A DNA stretch of 64,000 bases from Patescibacteria group bacterium (GCA_041737595.1 JBGSRK010000014.1:118-64117); one strand, 5' to 3'. Shown: positions 26,780 to 37,551, counted from the stretch's first letter. Translations and numbers: made by a program. The notes: a model not told the origin generated them from the letters alone.

Positions 26780-27921
26780 ATAATTCCCTCTACGATTTTT
26801 GTTAACTCTTCCGTAGAGATTGTATCAGATGAACCAATTTGGTAAAGTGCTTTATCTTTAAAAATAGCTTTTGTATCTCCAATTATCCAAAAGATGATTC
26901 CATGAAAGGTTTTTTCTGAATATTCCATGTTTGATTCCAAAACAAAATCATCAAAAATTTTTTCGTTAGAAATATTTGATTTTTCAATTAATATAGTAAG
27001 AGTTTTTGATTTATCTGGTAAATATTCATAAATATATGTAATTTTATCGTCTTTTGCATTGGTTTGATAATTTATCTCATAACCAGGAGGTATATATTTA
27101 GGTTTAGTATATTCAAACGATATATTTTCCTCAGCTTTTTTTACTGCTCTATCGGGGTTTATGGCATAAAAATTTACATATAAAACAAATAATATAAAAC
27201 AAAAAATAATGAAAAAAATAACAATTAATGTTAAATATATGCCTTTGTGTTTTTTTGGTGTTTTTTTTGAACTAGTTTTTTTATTTTTAGATGATTCAAC
27301 GAGCCCCTTGGCAAAAAAACTCTTAAGTGCAGTAGATTTTTGTTTCTGTTTTAGGGTGATATTTTCTTTACTTTCGTTAGTTAAAAGTGGAAATCTTTGA
27401 TCTTCGTTAGTATCTGCAAAATTAATAGTTACTTCATCTTTTGGTGTTGCAAGAGTTACTTTTGATTCTTCAATCATATCATCATGGGGTATTGGGAGCT
27501 CTGGTTCATCTATTGGGTTTGGTTGATTATCCATTAAATCAAGCCCATGTATTTTATCCGCTCTTGCTCTTTCATGTTTAATAATTGGATGATGTTTAGT
27601 TTCTTCTTTTAATTTAATTTTAGTGTTTCTTGTATTTGTAATTTTTGAGCTAATATTTTTTTGTTCTAAAAGAGTTTCTTTTAATATTTGATCAAGTGCT
27701 AAATTTTCAGCTTCTAAAATGTCAAGCTCAACTTCTTCTTCTTTAAGCTCTGGGCTTTCATCATTTTGAGAAATAATTTTTGCTCTTGGTGGTTCTGGAA
27801 TTTCGCTAATTTTTGGTTCTTCAATTTTATTAACTTCAAGAGCCTCTCCACAATTAGTGCAAAATAATTTTCCATTAATTTTTATTCCATCAGTCTCTTG
27901 TCCGCAGTTTTTACACTGCAT
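26776..27921 (-). CDS. Zinc-ribbon membrane protein (381 aa).
   Basis: N-terminal CKNCG...CTNCG, a central TM helix and a C-terminal extracellular domain. Confidence 0.5.
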   Translation of the reverse strand: MQCKNCGQETDGIKINGKLFCTNCGEALEVNKIEEPKISEIPEPPRAKIISQNDESPELKEEEVELDILEAENLALDQILKETLLEQKNISSKITNTRNTKIKLKEETKHHPIIKHERARADKIHGLDLMDNQPNPIDEPELPIPHDDMIEESKVTLATPKDEVTINFADTNEDQRFPLLTNESKENITLKQKQKSTALKSFFAKGLVESSKNKKTSSKKTPKKHKGIYLTLIVIFFIIFCFILFVLYVNFYAINPDRAVKKAEENISFEYTKPKYIPPGYEINYQTNAKDDKITYIYEYLPDKSKTLTILIEKSNISNEKIFDDFVLESNMEYSEKTFHGIIFWIIGDTKAIFKDKALYQIGSSDTISTEELTKIVEGII

Positions 27922-27953
27922 ATTTAACCCTCCAGTTATTGCTTATATTATAG

Positions 27954-28919
27954 TCAAAAAGGTATATCCTCATTAACTAAATTATCAGAATATGGTGATC
28001 TATAAAGCTCAGTATTTAAATGTTTAATATATTGAGTGTATAAATCTGACCCTAATTCTCCGTGTATATGTTTATAAGCAATATTTAATTTAGAAGATGA
28101 ATTATCTAACGTCCAAACTGCAATAGCCTCTGTGGTTTTTGGTACAACGGGACTTCCATATTCTATTTCCCCATGATGAGAAAGTATAATATGAACAATT
28201 TCATCTAAAAGATCTTCTGGCATATCCTTTGGAGCAGACGAATTAACCTTTTCAGCCCCTAAATATATATGCCCTAAAAGTTTTCCTTTGTTTGTGAAGG
28301 TTATAGCAGTAGAAATCTCAAATTCCATGGCTTTACCTATATCATGTAAAATAATGCCAGCGTTAACTAGATCCATATTAATTTTAGGAAAATGAAATTT
28401 TAATGATTTTGCGGCTTCTAGCATTTCTGTAACATGTTCTATCAAACCACCATAATATCCATGATGAACATATAGACCAGCGGGGCTTTTTTTGTAAATT
28501 TCAATAAAATTTTCAGTAAATACATTCTTGAGTAACAATTTAATGTGAGGGTTTTTTATATCGTTTATGGTTTTATTGACATCCTCCCACATTTTATCTA
28601 TGTCAAATTGAGATCTTTGTTGTAAATCTTCGATTTCATATTTATCTGTGATACTCAGATTGGTAACTCTAAGTTGCGGACCATTAAATTCATCGATAGT
28701 CCCATTAACTAAAACAACTTCACCTTCAGATACAGTGGCACAATTTACAAAATCATCAGACCATATTTTACCCTTAAGAGTGCCCGTTCTATCAGCAAAT
28801 TCAATATCTATATAAGGTTTATTGTTTCTTGAGGCTTTTTTAACATATGACTTAACGGCGAAGGTTTCGCCAAAGATTGAATCACCAATTTTAAAATTTT
28901 CTATAAATATTTTTTTCAT
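27954..28919 (-). CDS. YhaM-like 3'-5' exoribonuclease with OB-fold and HD domains.
   Basis: N-terminal OB fold. HD motifs HHGYYGGLIEH, HDIGK, and SHHG. Confidence 0.7.
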   Translation of the reverse strand: MKKIFIENFKIGDSIFGETFAVKSYVKKASRNNKPYIDIEFADRTGTLKGKIWSDDFVNCATVSEGEVVLVNGTIDEFNGPQLRVTNLSITDKYEIEDLQQRSQFDIDKMWEDVNKTINDIKNPHIKLLLKNVFTENFIEIYKKSPAGLYVHHGYYGGLIEHVTEMLEAAKSLKFHFPKINMDLVNAGIILHDIGKAMEFEISTAITFTNKGKLLGHIYLGAEKVNSSAPKDMPEDLLDEIVHIILSHHGEIEYGSPVVPKTTEAIAVWTLDNSSSKLNIAYKHIHGELGSDLYTQYIKHLNTELYRSPYSDNLVNEDIPF

Positions 28920-29070
28920 TAATAAATGCTCCTAAGTGCAATATACAATATAAACCCTAGAACTACTCCAACAAGAGTTCCAATCGATATAAAAATAAAG
29001 GCATAATCGTTATTTGATTGGTTAGTTTTCTCCATGAGTATATTTTATGCTTTTTATAATTACAAATCAA

Positions 29071-30072
29071 TTATTTTGATAGAACACTCTTTTTATAATC
29101 ATCAAGATTTTCAAGAGCAATACCAGTCCCTTTTGCTACACATAAAAGAGCATCTGAAGCAACGTGGCAAGGTATCCCAAGCGCTTTTGTAAATAATCTA
29201 TCAAGATTGCGGAGCAAAGAACCTCCACCAGTCATAACCATTCCACGGTCAATTATATCTGAAGAAAGTTCTGGAGGAGCTTGTTCAAGCACACTTTTAA
29301 TTGCAATGATAATTTTTTCTAAATCATTTTGTATAGCCTCAGTCACTTCATTTGCATTTATTGTTATAGTTTTAGGTAATCCGGCAATCATATCTCGACC
29401 CCTAATTTCAATAGTTTTTTCTTTATCAGATTTTAAAGCAGAACCAATTTCTATTTTGATTTCTTCTGCGGTTTGATCACCAACAGAAAGACCATATTTT
29501 TTTCTAACATATTCACTAATAGCTTGGTCTAGTTTATTCCCACCAATTCGAACAGAATTTGAGGCAACTATCCCCCCAAGAGAAATAATTGCAACTTCAG
29601 TTGTTCCCCCACCAATATCTACAATTAGATTACCTGCAGCCGCATCAATAGGAATATCAGCACCAATAGCAGCAGCAACAGGTTCTGGAATAATATATGC
29701 TTCCTTTGCTCCAGCTTGTTTAGTTGCATCAATTACGGCTCTTTTCTCTGTTGATGTTGCCCCAGCCGGAACGCAAATCATAACCTCTGGTCTAAAAAGT
29801 CTAATTGGCCCAGACACTTTATTAATAAAATATCTAATCATAGCTTCGGTGACACGATAATCCGCAATTACTCCATCTCGAAGAGGTCTATAAGCTGTAA
29901 TTGTGTCAGGAGTACGCCCTACCATTTCTTTTGCTTCTTCACCAATGGCAAGTACTTTATTATCATCAGTAACAGCAACAACGGAAGGTTCGTTAATTAC
30001 AATCCCTTGCTTAGGTAAATATACCAAAACATTAGCTGTCCCCAAATCTATTCCAATTCTTTTTGTTAACAT
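29071..30072 (-). CDS. mreB: Rod-shape-determining protein MreB.
   Basis: Actin-fold motifs IGIDLGTAN, DIGGGTTE, and MTGGGSLL. Confidence 0.9.
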   Translation of the reverse strand: MLTKRIGIDLGTANVLVYLPKQGIVINEPSVVAVTDDNKVLAIGEEAKEMVGRTPDTITAYRPLRDGVIADYRVTEAMIRYFINKVSGPIRLFRPEVMICVPAGATSTEKRAVIDATKQAGAKEAYIIPEPVAAAIGADIPIDAAAGNLIVDIGGGTTEVAIISLGGIVASNSVRIGGNKLDQAISEYVRKKYGLSVGDQTAEEIKIEIGSALKSDKEKTIEIRGRDMIAGLPKTITINANEVTEAIQNDLEKIIIAIKSVLEQAPPELSSDIIDRGMVMTGGGSLLRNLDRLFTKALGIPCHVASDALLCVAKGTGIALENLDDYKKSVLSK

Positions 30073-30099
30073 AGCTCGCTTATTTTAACAGAAAATATT

Positions 30100-30657
30100 C
30101 TAACTTAAAAGTGTCATAAGTGCTTCATATTTTGGTTTTATTATTTTTTTAGATTCAGGAAAATGAAGTTTTTTCCATTTGTTTTCTAGTTTTTTTCTAA
30201 CAGCAACCCTAGCTTCGTCTTGGTCTAAACCTTCATAAATAAATGCGGCCTTAAATATTCCTGAGATATTGTCAAAGTTACTCATTGTATCTGCCTCGGC
30301 AATTATCTTTTCTTCAATTGATTTACGATTATTTTTTATTGAGCCTCTATGATTTAATATACACTTTTTTACTATTTTAATTTTGTTTATTGGATAGTTA
30401 ATATTTAAAAGAAAATCATTAGCAATTTTTGCACCTATAATATGGTGGTCCTTTCTTCCATGCATAATAGAACCAATATCATGAAGCCATGCTGAAATTT
30501 CTATAATTTCTTTATCACCACCCAACTTTTTGGAAAGTTCTAAAGCATATTTTACAACAGGTTTAAAATGAAACTCATATGGCTCATAACCATATTTACT
30601 TGAAGGTTTCATACATTCTTTTTTCACAAAATTACGAACCTGTGAAATATAATTCAT
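30100..30657 (-). CDS. HD-domain phosphohydrolase.
   Basis: AWLHDIG ... HH motif. Confidence 0.65.
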   Translation of the reverse strand: MNYISQVRNFVKKECMKPSSKYGYEPYEFHFKPVVKYALELSKKLGGDKEIIEISAWLHDIGSIMHGRKDHHIIGAKIANDFLLNINYPINKIKIVKKCILNHRGSIKNNRKSIEEKIIAEADTMSNFDNISGIFKAAFIYEGLDQDEARVAVRKKLENKWKKLHFPESKKIIKPKYEALMTLLS

Positions 30658-30659
30658 TA

Positions 30660-31922
30660 TTATTCTTCTTTAAGTTTAACTCTTTTAATTTTTGCACCAA
30701 GTGCTCGAAATTTCTGTTCTATATTTTCATATCCTCTGTCGATAATTTCTATTTGATCAAGTCTAGATTCGCCCTGAGCAATTATAGCCGCAATTATTAA
30801 GGTTGCCCCAGCTCGAAGATCAAAACTCGTAATTCTTGTGCCAAAAAGTGGTGTTGGCCCCGTGATAGATGCTTGATGTGCATCTCTCATAACACAGCTT
30901 GCTCCCATTTTTGAAAGTTCAGATATATAACCTAATCGTCCTTCAAAAATTGTTTCATAAATTTCAGAGGTGCCAGTGCTTTGAGTCGCAAGTATAGACA
31001 TAGGTGCTTGTAAATCTGTAGCGAAACCAGGAAATATCTCTGTTCTTATTTTAAAAGACTTAATATCATGAGTAGGAGTTATATGTAAAATATCATCATT
31101 TATTTTATAATTAATCCCACATCGATCAAATTTTGATAAAAGGCTCTCTTGATGTTTTCGAATAAAACCTTCAATTTTTACATCACCCTTTGAGGAGGCG
31201 GCAGCAATAGCAAAAGTCCCAGCCTCTATTTGGTCAGGTATTATTGTATAAGTAATTGCTTTCAGCTTTGTTACACCTGAAATTTTTAAATTATGTGTAC
31301 CAATGCCTTCAATTTTAGCACCAGATTTTACTAAAAAATTACAGAGATCTTGTACATGAGGTTCGGTGGCTGCCATACAAATATCAGTAGTACCTCTGGT
31401 TAAAACAGCAGTAATAATAATATTTTCAGTGCCAGTGACAGAAAATTCTGCACATAGATTAACTCCCCCTAAATTATTACCAGTAATAAAATAGCTATTA
31501 TTTTTTTGGGTTGTGACTGCACCCATTTTTTTTAAAGCAGTTAAGTGTACATCTATTGGCCTTGAGCCAATTAGACAACCCCCGGGGTGTGGAATAGATA
31601 CTTTTTTATTTCTAACTAAAAAAGGCGCGATAAACAAAATTGATGCCCGAAGATTTCTAATCATATCTTTATCTGGATCAGATTTTTTTAAATTAGAATT
31701 ATCTATATTAAGTATATTATTTTCAAAATTTACCTCTGCACCTGATTTTTCTAATATTTTAATCATCGATAATACGTCTTTAATATTTGGAACATTTTTT
31801 ATTGTAACCTTCCCATTAATTAAAGCAGTAGAAGCAATAATTGGAAGAGCAGCATTTTTAGATCCAGATATTTTAACTTTACCTTTTAGTCTTGTTGGTC
31901 CATTGATTACAAATTGTTCCAT
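30660..31922 (-). CDS. murA: UDP-N-acetylglucosamine 1-carboxyvinyltransferase.
   Basis: Length 420 aa. The catalytic Cys context (LIGSRPID), KISGSKNAALP N-terminus, and EPSP-synthase fold repeats. Confidence 0.9.
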   Translation of the reverse strand: MEQFVINGPTRLKGKVKISGSKNAALPIIASTALINGKVTIKNVPNIKDVLSMIKILEKSGAEVNFENNILNIDNSNLKKSDPDKDMIRNLRASILFIAPFLVRNKKVSIPHPGGCLIGSRPIDVHLTALKKMGAVTTQKNNSYFITGNNLGGVNLCAEFSVTGTENIIITAVLTRGTTDICMAATEPHVQDLCNFLVKSGAKIEGIGTHNLKISGVTKLKAITYTIIPDQIEAGTFAIAAASSKGDVKIEGFIRKHQESLLSKFDRCGINYKINDDILHITPTHDIKSFKIRTEIFPGFATDLQAPMSILATQSTGTSEIYETIFEGRLGYISELSKMGASCVMRDAHQASITGPTPLFGTRITSFDLRAGATLIIAAIIAQGESRLDQIEIIDRGYENIEQKFRALGAKIKRVKLKEE

Positions 31923-31984
31923 GTGAGCTATTATATCTTTTCTTGTGTATAAAATACAGTATTTAAGTTATAATATTTATTGAA

Positions 31985-33391
31985 ATGTCAAAAGGACCAC
32001 ATCCTGCTACTCGATTAATAGTATACCCAGTAATTGCTGTGTGTTTTTTTGTGTTATTTTATTTTTTAGCTCTTTCAGCTACTGGTTATAAACTAGAATT
32101 TAAAAATGGCAAAATTACAACCACAGCAACTGGTATGATTGTTGTTGCTACAAAACCTGGTGCTGCAAAAGTATCAGTTGATAATAAATTAGAAATAAAA
32201 CAAACTCCACTCTTTAGTTTTCTTAATTTAACTATTAAGGGAGTATCTATTGGAGAACATAAAGTTAAAATAGAAAAAGAAGGTTATGAAACATGGGAAG
32301 GAGTTTTTAATGTTAAACCAAAGCTTGTTTCCTGGGTTGATTACATAATTTTGGTACCACAGAATAAGAAAACAACAAATTTTAAACTACCAGGCACAGT
32401 GACAGATACAGTATTGAATGATGGTAAAACCAGGGCTGCCGTTTTAGCAGAAGATACAAAAACAAACTTTAGAACCTATTGGGATATTAATCTTCAAACC
32501 AAAGAAAAACAAAAAATTAGAGAAGAAAAAATATTAACCGGTGAAAAGGTCGATCTAATAACCTATAACTATAATGCATCCCGTCTTCTTATCACAAAGA
32601 CTATAGAAGAGAATAAGTCGAACATTGTTTTAGAATCAAAATTTAATGGTAGTGTGTGGAATATAACGTCTCTATACCAAATGAATTTTAATAGTCTTAA
32701 ATTTTCGCCTAGTGCAAAAAATGAGCTATATGTTTCTAAAGAGAGCAATCTTTATAAACTTGATTATGATAAAAAGAATATGAGTGCCGTTATAGCAAAT
32801 AATGTTATAAATTTTTATACAAATAATAATGATATTTATCTAATTAAAAAAACTGAGGATAATATTGGTCTTTGGAGGCTTAATAATAATCAAAAATTAG
32901 AGATTGTTGTAAAGGTATTGCCGGCTTCAGAGGGATATCAATTTAAACACCTTACAAGTTCTGATTCATTTATTGTACTTTCTGAGAAAGATAAAGAATT
33001 ACTATTATATCAAAAAGATAATAATGGTAACCCTATCTCAAAAAGCATCGCCAGAAATGCAAACCGTTTTTTATTATCTCCTAAAGAAGAAAGAGTATTA
33101 ATCCAAACTGGGAGCGGGGTAAAAATTTATGATATAGAAAAATCTACTTATTTTGATGTGTTGACCGATAAAGTTGTTGATTCTGTTTTGTGGTTAAACG
33201 ATAAAAACAATATAGTATATTCATTTGAGGGTAAATCTTATCTTGTTACATATGATGGTCAATATAATAAATATATTTTTGATAATTTAAAAGGATCACA
33301 AATATATGCAACAACATCTTCTCCTAATATTTATTTATTAAATTCTAATAAAGAAATAAATGATCTTGCGGTTTATAGTTTTGATTTTTAA
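31985..33391 (+). CDS. Membrane-anchored PEGA-domain protein with a C-terminal beta-rich domain.
   Basis: N-terminal TM helix. The PEGA-like segment is VATKPGAAKVSVDNKLEIKQTPL. Confidence 0.55.
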   Translation: MSKGPHPATRLIVYPVIAVCFFVLFYFLALSATGYKLEFKNGKITTTATGMIVVATKPGAAKVSVDNKLEIKQTPLFSFLNLTIKGVSIGEHKVKIEKEGYETWEGVFNVKPKLVSWVDYIILVPQNKKTTNFKLPGTVTDTVLNDGKTRAAVLAEDTKTNFRTYWDINLQTKEKQKIREEKILTGEKVDLITYNYNASRLLITKTIEENKSNIVLESKFNGSVWNITSLYQMNFNSLKFSPSAKNELYVSKESNLYKLDYDKKNMSAVIANNVINFYTNNNDIYLIKKTEDNIGLWRLNNNQKLEIVVKVLPASEGYQFKHLTSSDSFIVLSEKDKELLLYQKDNNGNPISKSIARNANRFLLSPKEERVLIQTGSGVKIYDIEKSTYFDVLTDKVVDSVLWLNDKNNIVYSFEGKSYLVTYDGQYNKYIFDNLKGSQIYATTSSPNIYLLNSNKEINDLAVYSFDF

Positions 33392-34389
33392 TAACCAAAT
33401 ATATTTTTAATACTTTTTACTATTTTTGAGATTACTCCACCAATTGAGTTAGAATCGGTTGATGGAAGTAATGAAGATTGATCTACAATCTGTTTTGTTA
33501 CAACCTTAGGTTTGATATATCTAGGTGAAATTTGATCTAATACAACTATAAGTCTACGCCAATTTGTCCCGGCTGGGGTACAAGTCATAAGTGTTAATGT
33601 AGGGGTATCTCCTTGAGCAAGTACACTTATATCTTCTGGTAAAACCTCTTTAACTTCCTTAACTTGGTAAATAAATTTATTCCCCTGATAATAGATTTTT
33701 GCTTGGTCTCCGATGGTAAGTTTAGATAAGTTAACAAAAATATAATTATAATTGCCTTTAATCCACCAAAAATTTGATGAATGGCCAGTTATAAAAGAAT
33801 TTCCAACATGACCCGGTTCAGCTGTCCCAACATAATGGACAACACCTTTTGTTAAATTTTCTTGAATAACAACTTCTTCATTTGATGTAGCCATGATTAT
33901 TGGAGCATCAACATTTATTTTTGGTATGTATAAACGATTATCTGGAGTTACTACTTCACCTTGATCTAAGGGTGCAGATTTCTCCATTGTATATTTTTCA
34001 ACTTCTTGAACGGTAATAATTTTAGCTTTAGTATCATCTGTGGATTTTGCCATTGTAAAGAACATTGGTGCATTAAGTGAAAGCATAAAAATAAGAAACA
34101 AAAACATATAATATATTGAATATCTGAAAATCCATTTATGTTTCCATAAATTAGAAATCTTTTTAAATGGACGATATTCATGAATTCTTAAACCTTCTTT
34201 TTTTGCAATTTTGTTTAAATCTAAAGCCTCAGGATTTATCTCATTTGTACCTGGCTCAATTGACTCTATAGGATTAACCTCACCAATATTATGTCTTTCT
34301 AAAATTTCAAGAAGCTCATCTTCACGATCAGTTTTTTTAAAATGATTTATTAACTTTTCTATTTCTGAAATATTTGGTTCTCTGTTCAC
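33388..34389 (-). CDS. Sortase (transpeptidase).
   Basis: TLTLMTCTP TLxTC catalytic motif, an upstream His (ITGH) and a downstream Arg. N-terminal TM anchor. Confidence 0.8.
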   Translation of the reverse strand: MNREPNISEIEKLINHFKKTDREDELLEILERHNIGEVNPIESIEPGTNEINPEALDLNKIAKKEGLRIHEYRPFKKISNLWKHKWIFRYSIYYMFLFLIFMLSLNAPMFFTMAKSTDDTKAKIITVQEVEKYTMEKSAPLDQGEVVTPDNRLYIPKINVDAPIIMATSNEEVVIQENLTKGVVHYVGTAEPGHVGNSFITGHSSNFWWIKGNYNYIFVNLSKLTIGDQAKIYYQGNKFIYQVKEVKEVLPEDISVLAQGDTPTLTLMTCTPAGTNWRRLIVVLDQISPRYIKPKVVTKQIVDQSSLLPSTDSNSIGGVISKIVKSIKNIFGY

Positions 34390-34445
34390 TTTTCAAACCC
34401 TCCAAAATACATTATAATCATTAAGTTAATTTAATACAAAGTTTT

Positions 34446-34532
34446 GGGTGAGTGGCGGAACTGGTATACGCGTAGGTCTCAAAAACCTATGGGAGCAATC
34501 CCATGAGGGTTCGATCCCCTCCTCACCCACCA
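34446..34532 (+). tRNA. tRNA-Leu, anticodon CAA, type II with long variable arm, 87 nt, with the CCA end encoded.
   Basis: GGGTGAG...CTCACCCACCA acceptor stem, anticodon loop CTCAAAA, variable arm TGGGAGCAATCCCATGA, and T-loop TTCGATC. Confidence 0.85.
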
Positions 34533-34533
34533 A

Positions 34534-34580
34534 AGATCTGAAATCCAACAAGGTTGGATATTAGATCTTTTATAATTTTA
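34534..34580 (+). terminator. Bidirectional intrinsic terminator downstream of tRNA-Leu and, on the other strand, downstream of the patatin gene.
   Basis: atccaacaaggttggat 7-bp stem nested in agatct...agatct, followed by ttttataatttt. Confidence 0.6.
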
Positions 34581-34590
34581 AGGATCGAAC

Positions 34591-34704
34591 GGGCGTGAGT
34601 CTACCTGCATTCGGCAGGTTGGAAGCGAAAACTTGAAGCTTTTTGTGTGTAGCGCCCCGGATTGCGAATCGGAGTAAGCAACGATCCCCTCCTCACCCAC
34701 CAAA
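34591..34704 (+). pseudogene. tRNA-Leu-derived tRNA-like element of 114 nt. It keeps both acceptor halves (GGGCGTGAG at the 5' end, CTCACCCACCA at the 3' end) and the last 22 nt of tRNA-Leu, but has a non-canonical GC-rich interior.
   Basis: The 22-nt direct repeat cgatcccctcctcacccaccaa occurs at 34511-34532 and at 34682-34703. Internal hairpins include cctgcattcggcagg. Confidence 0.35.
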
Positions 34705-34732
34705 TAATTGTTATTAAGTAACGTAGATCGAT

Positions 34733-35617
34733 TTATTCACTAAAGAATTCCTTTGCTTTTTTTATACCATGTTTTTCAAATTCCTCTAACTTATCTTTAT
34801 TGGTCTCAGAGGGTGATAAATAATAATCTGGCAAAATAATATAAATATTTGGTTTAGCATTAATCTTTTTAACCCCGAACATTATGTCTAGGCTTTCATT
34901 TATTTTTTTTGTTTGATGTTTATATTTATTTTTATATTCTTTCCCTAAATTACCACAAAGATGTCTTGATAAAATTCTAAGCCATTCAAAATCAGAAAAT
35001 CTGTGCGTTTTTGGAAAAGTAGCGACAGATATTATGTCTGTGCAACCATCTTTCATAATCTCTTTAATTGGAAAAAGATTCATAACAGTCCCGTCTAAAT
35101 ACTGCTTTCCATTTATTTTAACTAATGGATAATATAAGCCAGGATAAGAACAAGTAGCTTTAATAAGCGACATAAAATTTACAGAATCTTTATTTGTAAA
35201 ATATTCCATATTCCCATTATTTGCATCAGTTACAAATATTTTTAAAATAGTATTTGAATTTTTTATTCTTTCTAGATTAAGGGATTTTTTTTGCATTATA
35301 TCATCACAAAAATAATCTAAATCCATAATATTCCCTGTTAATCGAAGCTTAAGAAATTTTTTTTCTGAAAGATCTTCAGAATATATAGATGTACCGATTT
35401 TTGTTTTTTTGGAAAGTAGATATGACCCAGAACAAGAACCAGAAGAACCACTATAGATATAATCAAAACTATCAGCAAGCCCTAATTCTTCTAAAACTTG
35501 CATTACACCACCACCAAAAACACCTGTCATACCCCCACCTGGTAAAACTAAACCTATAATACGTTTATCATTAGTTGATTTAGCCCTATTAATAAGTAAC
35601 TCTTGAATTTTTTTCAT
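34733..35617 (-). CDS. Patatin-like phospholipase.
   Basis: Oxyanion GGGMTGVFGGG, GxSxG-like YSGSSGS, and a downstream DG dyad region. Confidence 0.8.
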   Translation of the reverse strand: MKKIQELLINRAKSTNDKRIIGLVLPGGGMTGVFGGGVMQVLEELGLADSFDYIYSGSSGSCSGSYLLSKKTKIGTSIYSEDLSEKKFLKLRLTGNIMDLDYFCDDIMQKKSLNLERIKNSNTILKIFVTDANNGNMEYFTNKDSVNFMSLIKATCSYPGLYYPLVKINGKQYLDGTVMNLFPIKEIMKDGCTDIISVATFPKTHRFSDFEWLRILSRHLCGNLGKEYKNKYKHQTKKINESLDIMFGVKKINAKPNIYIILPDYYLSPSETNKDKLEEFEKHGIKKAKEFFSE

Positions 35618-35685
35618 AACATAATTTTATTTAAATTAAGATAATAAGACTAAACATTTTTACGAAATTATTAAAAATAGTTTTT

Positions 35686-36546
35686 TTATATATTTGTACT
35701 ACCATCAATAAACCGGATATCAGCTTTTTCCCCAGGGTTATTATATCCTATTCTATATTTAGTACCTTTTTGTAAAATTACCCTTTTTGTATCAATATCA
35801 ACTTTCATAAAATAATGAGGCAACCCCAAAACATCCCACACTTCAGTAAAAGGTGAAATTGAAATACTCTCCTTGTGCCATCTGTCATTATTTAAGTCTC
35901 TTAAAATAAGTAATATTAATATAATAGTAAAACAAAAAATAACAGCAAGCGAACGGGTAAATATATTAGTATTTAGTATAAATATAGTAGATAAAATAGT
36001 TACAAAAGATAAGCTAATAAGGGTTAACCACTGAACTTTTTCCATTTTATCTTTACCTAAAAGACTTATTTCATTTCTCGTTTTATTAAGTAATACAAGT
36101 GAATCCATTAACTTATTAAAAAGTTCAGGTTTCCCATCTTTTATAAATATTCTCCCCTGGTTTATTGCTTTTTCCAATGTATTAAATTCTAGTTGGAGTT
36201 CGTCTTCATAATTATGTAATTCATATTGCATAGAAGCAATTAAATAATCATCTATTAACTTCCTAAGTTTTTCAGAATAATTTTTATCGATATCAACTGA
36301 AGTAATATAAATAAAGGAAAGTGAGGAAGTTTCTGCTGAAACTAATTTTCTTAAATCTTGAAACCTTGAATACCTCTCAGAAATAGCAAAGGCAGCAATT
36401 ATACCGAATAAAAAAGTACTTATTGTTAATACAATTGTTAAATCTACATTTTGTTCAATATTGGGTAGTAACAAGATAATAGGGGCAAGTATTACAAATG
36501 TAATAATTGAACTTTGCCACGCATATATATAATCAAATTTTTTCAT
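35686..36546 (-). CDS. Hypothetical membrane protein (286 aa).
   Basis: ORF with multiple TM helices and a C-terminal soluble domain. Confidence 0.45.
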   Translation of the reverse strand: MKKFDYIYAWQSSIITFVILAPIILLLPNIEQNVDLTIVLTISTFLFGIIAAFAISERYSRFQDLRKLVSAETSSLSFIYITSVDIDKNYSEKLRKLIDDYLIASMQYELHNYEDELQLEFNTLEKAINQGRIFIKDGKPELFNKLMDSLVLLNKTRNEISLLGKDKMEKVQWLTLISLSFVTILSTIFILNTNIFTRSLAVIFCFTIILILLILRDLNNDRWHKESISISPFTEVWDVLGLPHYFMKVDIDTKRVILQKGTKYRIGYNNPGEKADIRFIDGSTNI

Positions 36547-36606
36547 ATTTTAATTCTACCTAAATTAAGATAATAAGTCCAAGGATCGTTTATTATTTGT
36601 AATTTT

Positions 36607-37551
36607 TTAAATTTTTTCAGCTTTTTTTATTGCCTCTGGTATTTCGCGTAAAATATCTGATGACATGATTCTTTTTTCTATATCTTTCTCGTGTGCTAAA
36701 TTTAGGGCTGAATTCAGCAAAAAAGATGCTGTTGCTGCGGACTCAATTATTTTATCAGGATTTTGCCCAATAAAAGAAGATATTATTGCTGATACAAGTT
36801 CGACAGAAATAATTTCTTTTTTATATTTATTTAGATTGATAATAACTTTTTCATCTTTAACTATAATTTGTTCTGATTCGTTCGCAAAAAATGTAGAATT
36901 AAATTTTTTTGATAAAAATGATAAAATTTCATCCAAATGTTTTTTTATAAAAGATATATTTGGTTTAGTATAATCATTAAATTTTGTAGCATGAAGTATT
37001 TTAAAGATATCATCAACTGATAATATAATTACTAATTCATTTTTAATATTTCTAAAATAATCTATAAGATATTTTTCATCTTCTTTACTTCTTAAAACTT
37101 CAATTCCTTTTATGAAAGCAAAAATTGCATCATCACATATAACGACAGTTTTAGTCGCATTAATAATAACATCCCAAATAAGATGAATAGTCTCCGAATT
37201 CACTGAAATACCTGGCCCAACTAAAATAACATCTGAAGATTTAATTTGTTCTAAAATCATTTCTTTGGATTTTTGTGCAATTGTTCCCCCCGGTGTGGAC
37301 GGCAAAAGTAGTGTCATTTCTTCAGGTAAAAAATCTTTATATAAGTTTTTTAAAATATCTGGGAAACCAAGAGTAATTATTCCGGTCCCTGAACGAAAAA
37401 CAGCTTCACACACCAATGATGCTTTATTAGCACTTCCCCGAGAGCCAGCTAATATAAATATTCGACCACCTTGATTTTTATAATAATGTACTGGTCTCTC
37501 CCAAATTATTTCAGGATAAAGTATATTTTTTTGTATTATTTTTTCAATCAT
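36607..37551 (-). CDS. YjeF C-terminal domain carbohydrate-kinase-like protein, a putative NAD(P)HX dehydratase.
   Basis: ILAGSRGSANKASLVCEAVFRSGTGIITL ... VGPGIS pattern. Confidence 0.5.
   Translation of the reverse strand: MIEKIIQKNILYPEIIWERPVHYYKNQGGRIFILAGSRGSANKASLVCEAVFRSGTGIITLGFPDILKNLYKDFLPEEMTLLLPSTPGGTIAQKSKEMILEQIKSSDVILVGPGISVNSETIHLIWDVIINATKTVVICDDAIFAFIKGIEVLRSKEDEKYLIDYFRNIKNELVIILSVDDIFKILHATKFNDYTKPNISFIKKHLDEILSFLSKKFNSTFFANESEQIIVKDEKVIINLNKYKKEIISVELVSAIISSFIGQNPDKIIESAATASFLLNSALNLAHEKDIEKRIMSSDILREIPEAIKKAEKI

Noticed and set aside
34583-34610. ggatcgaacgggcgtg read as the T-arm of a minus-strand tRNA.
   Set aside because: The flanking sequence cannot form the T-stem or the acceptor stem, so this is not a tRNA.
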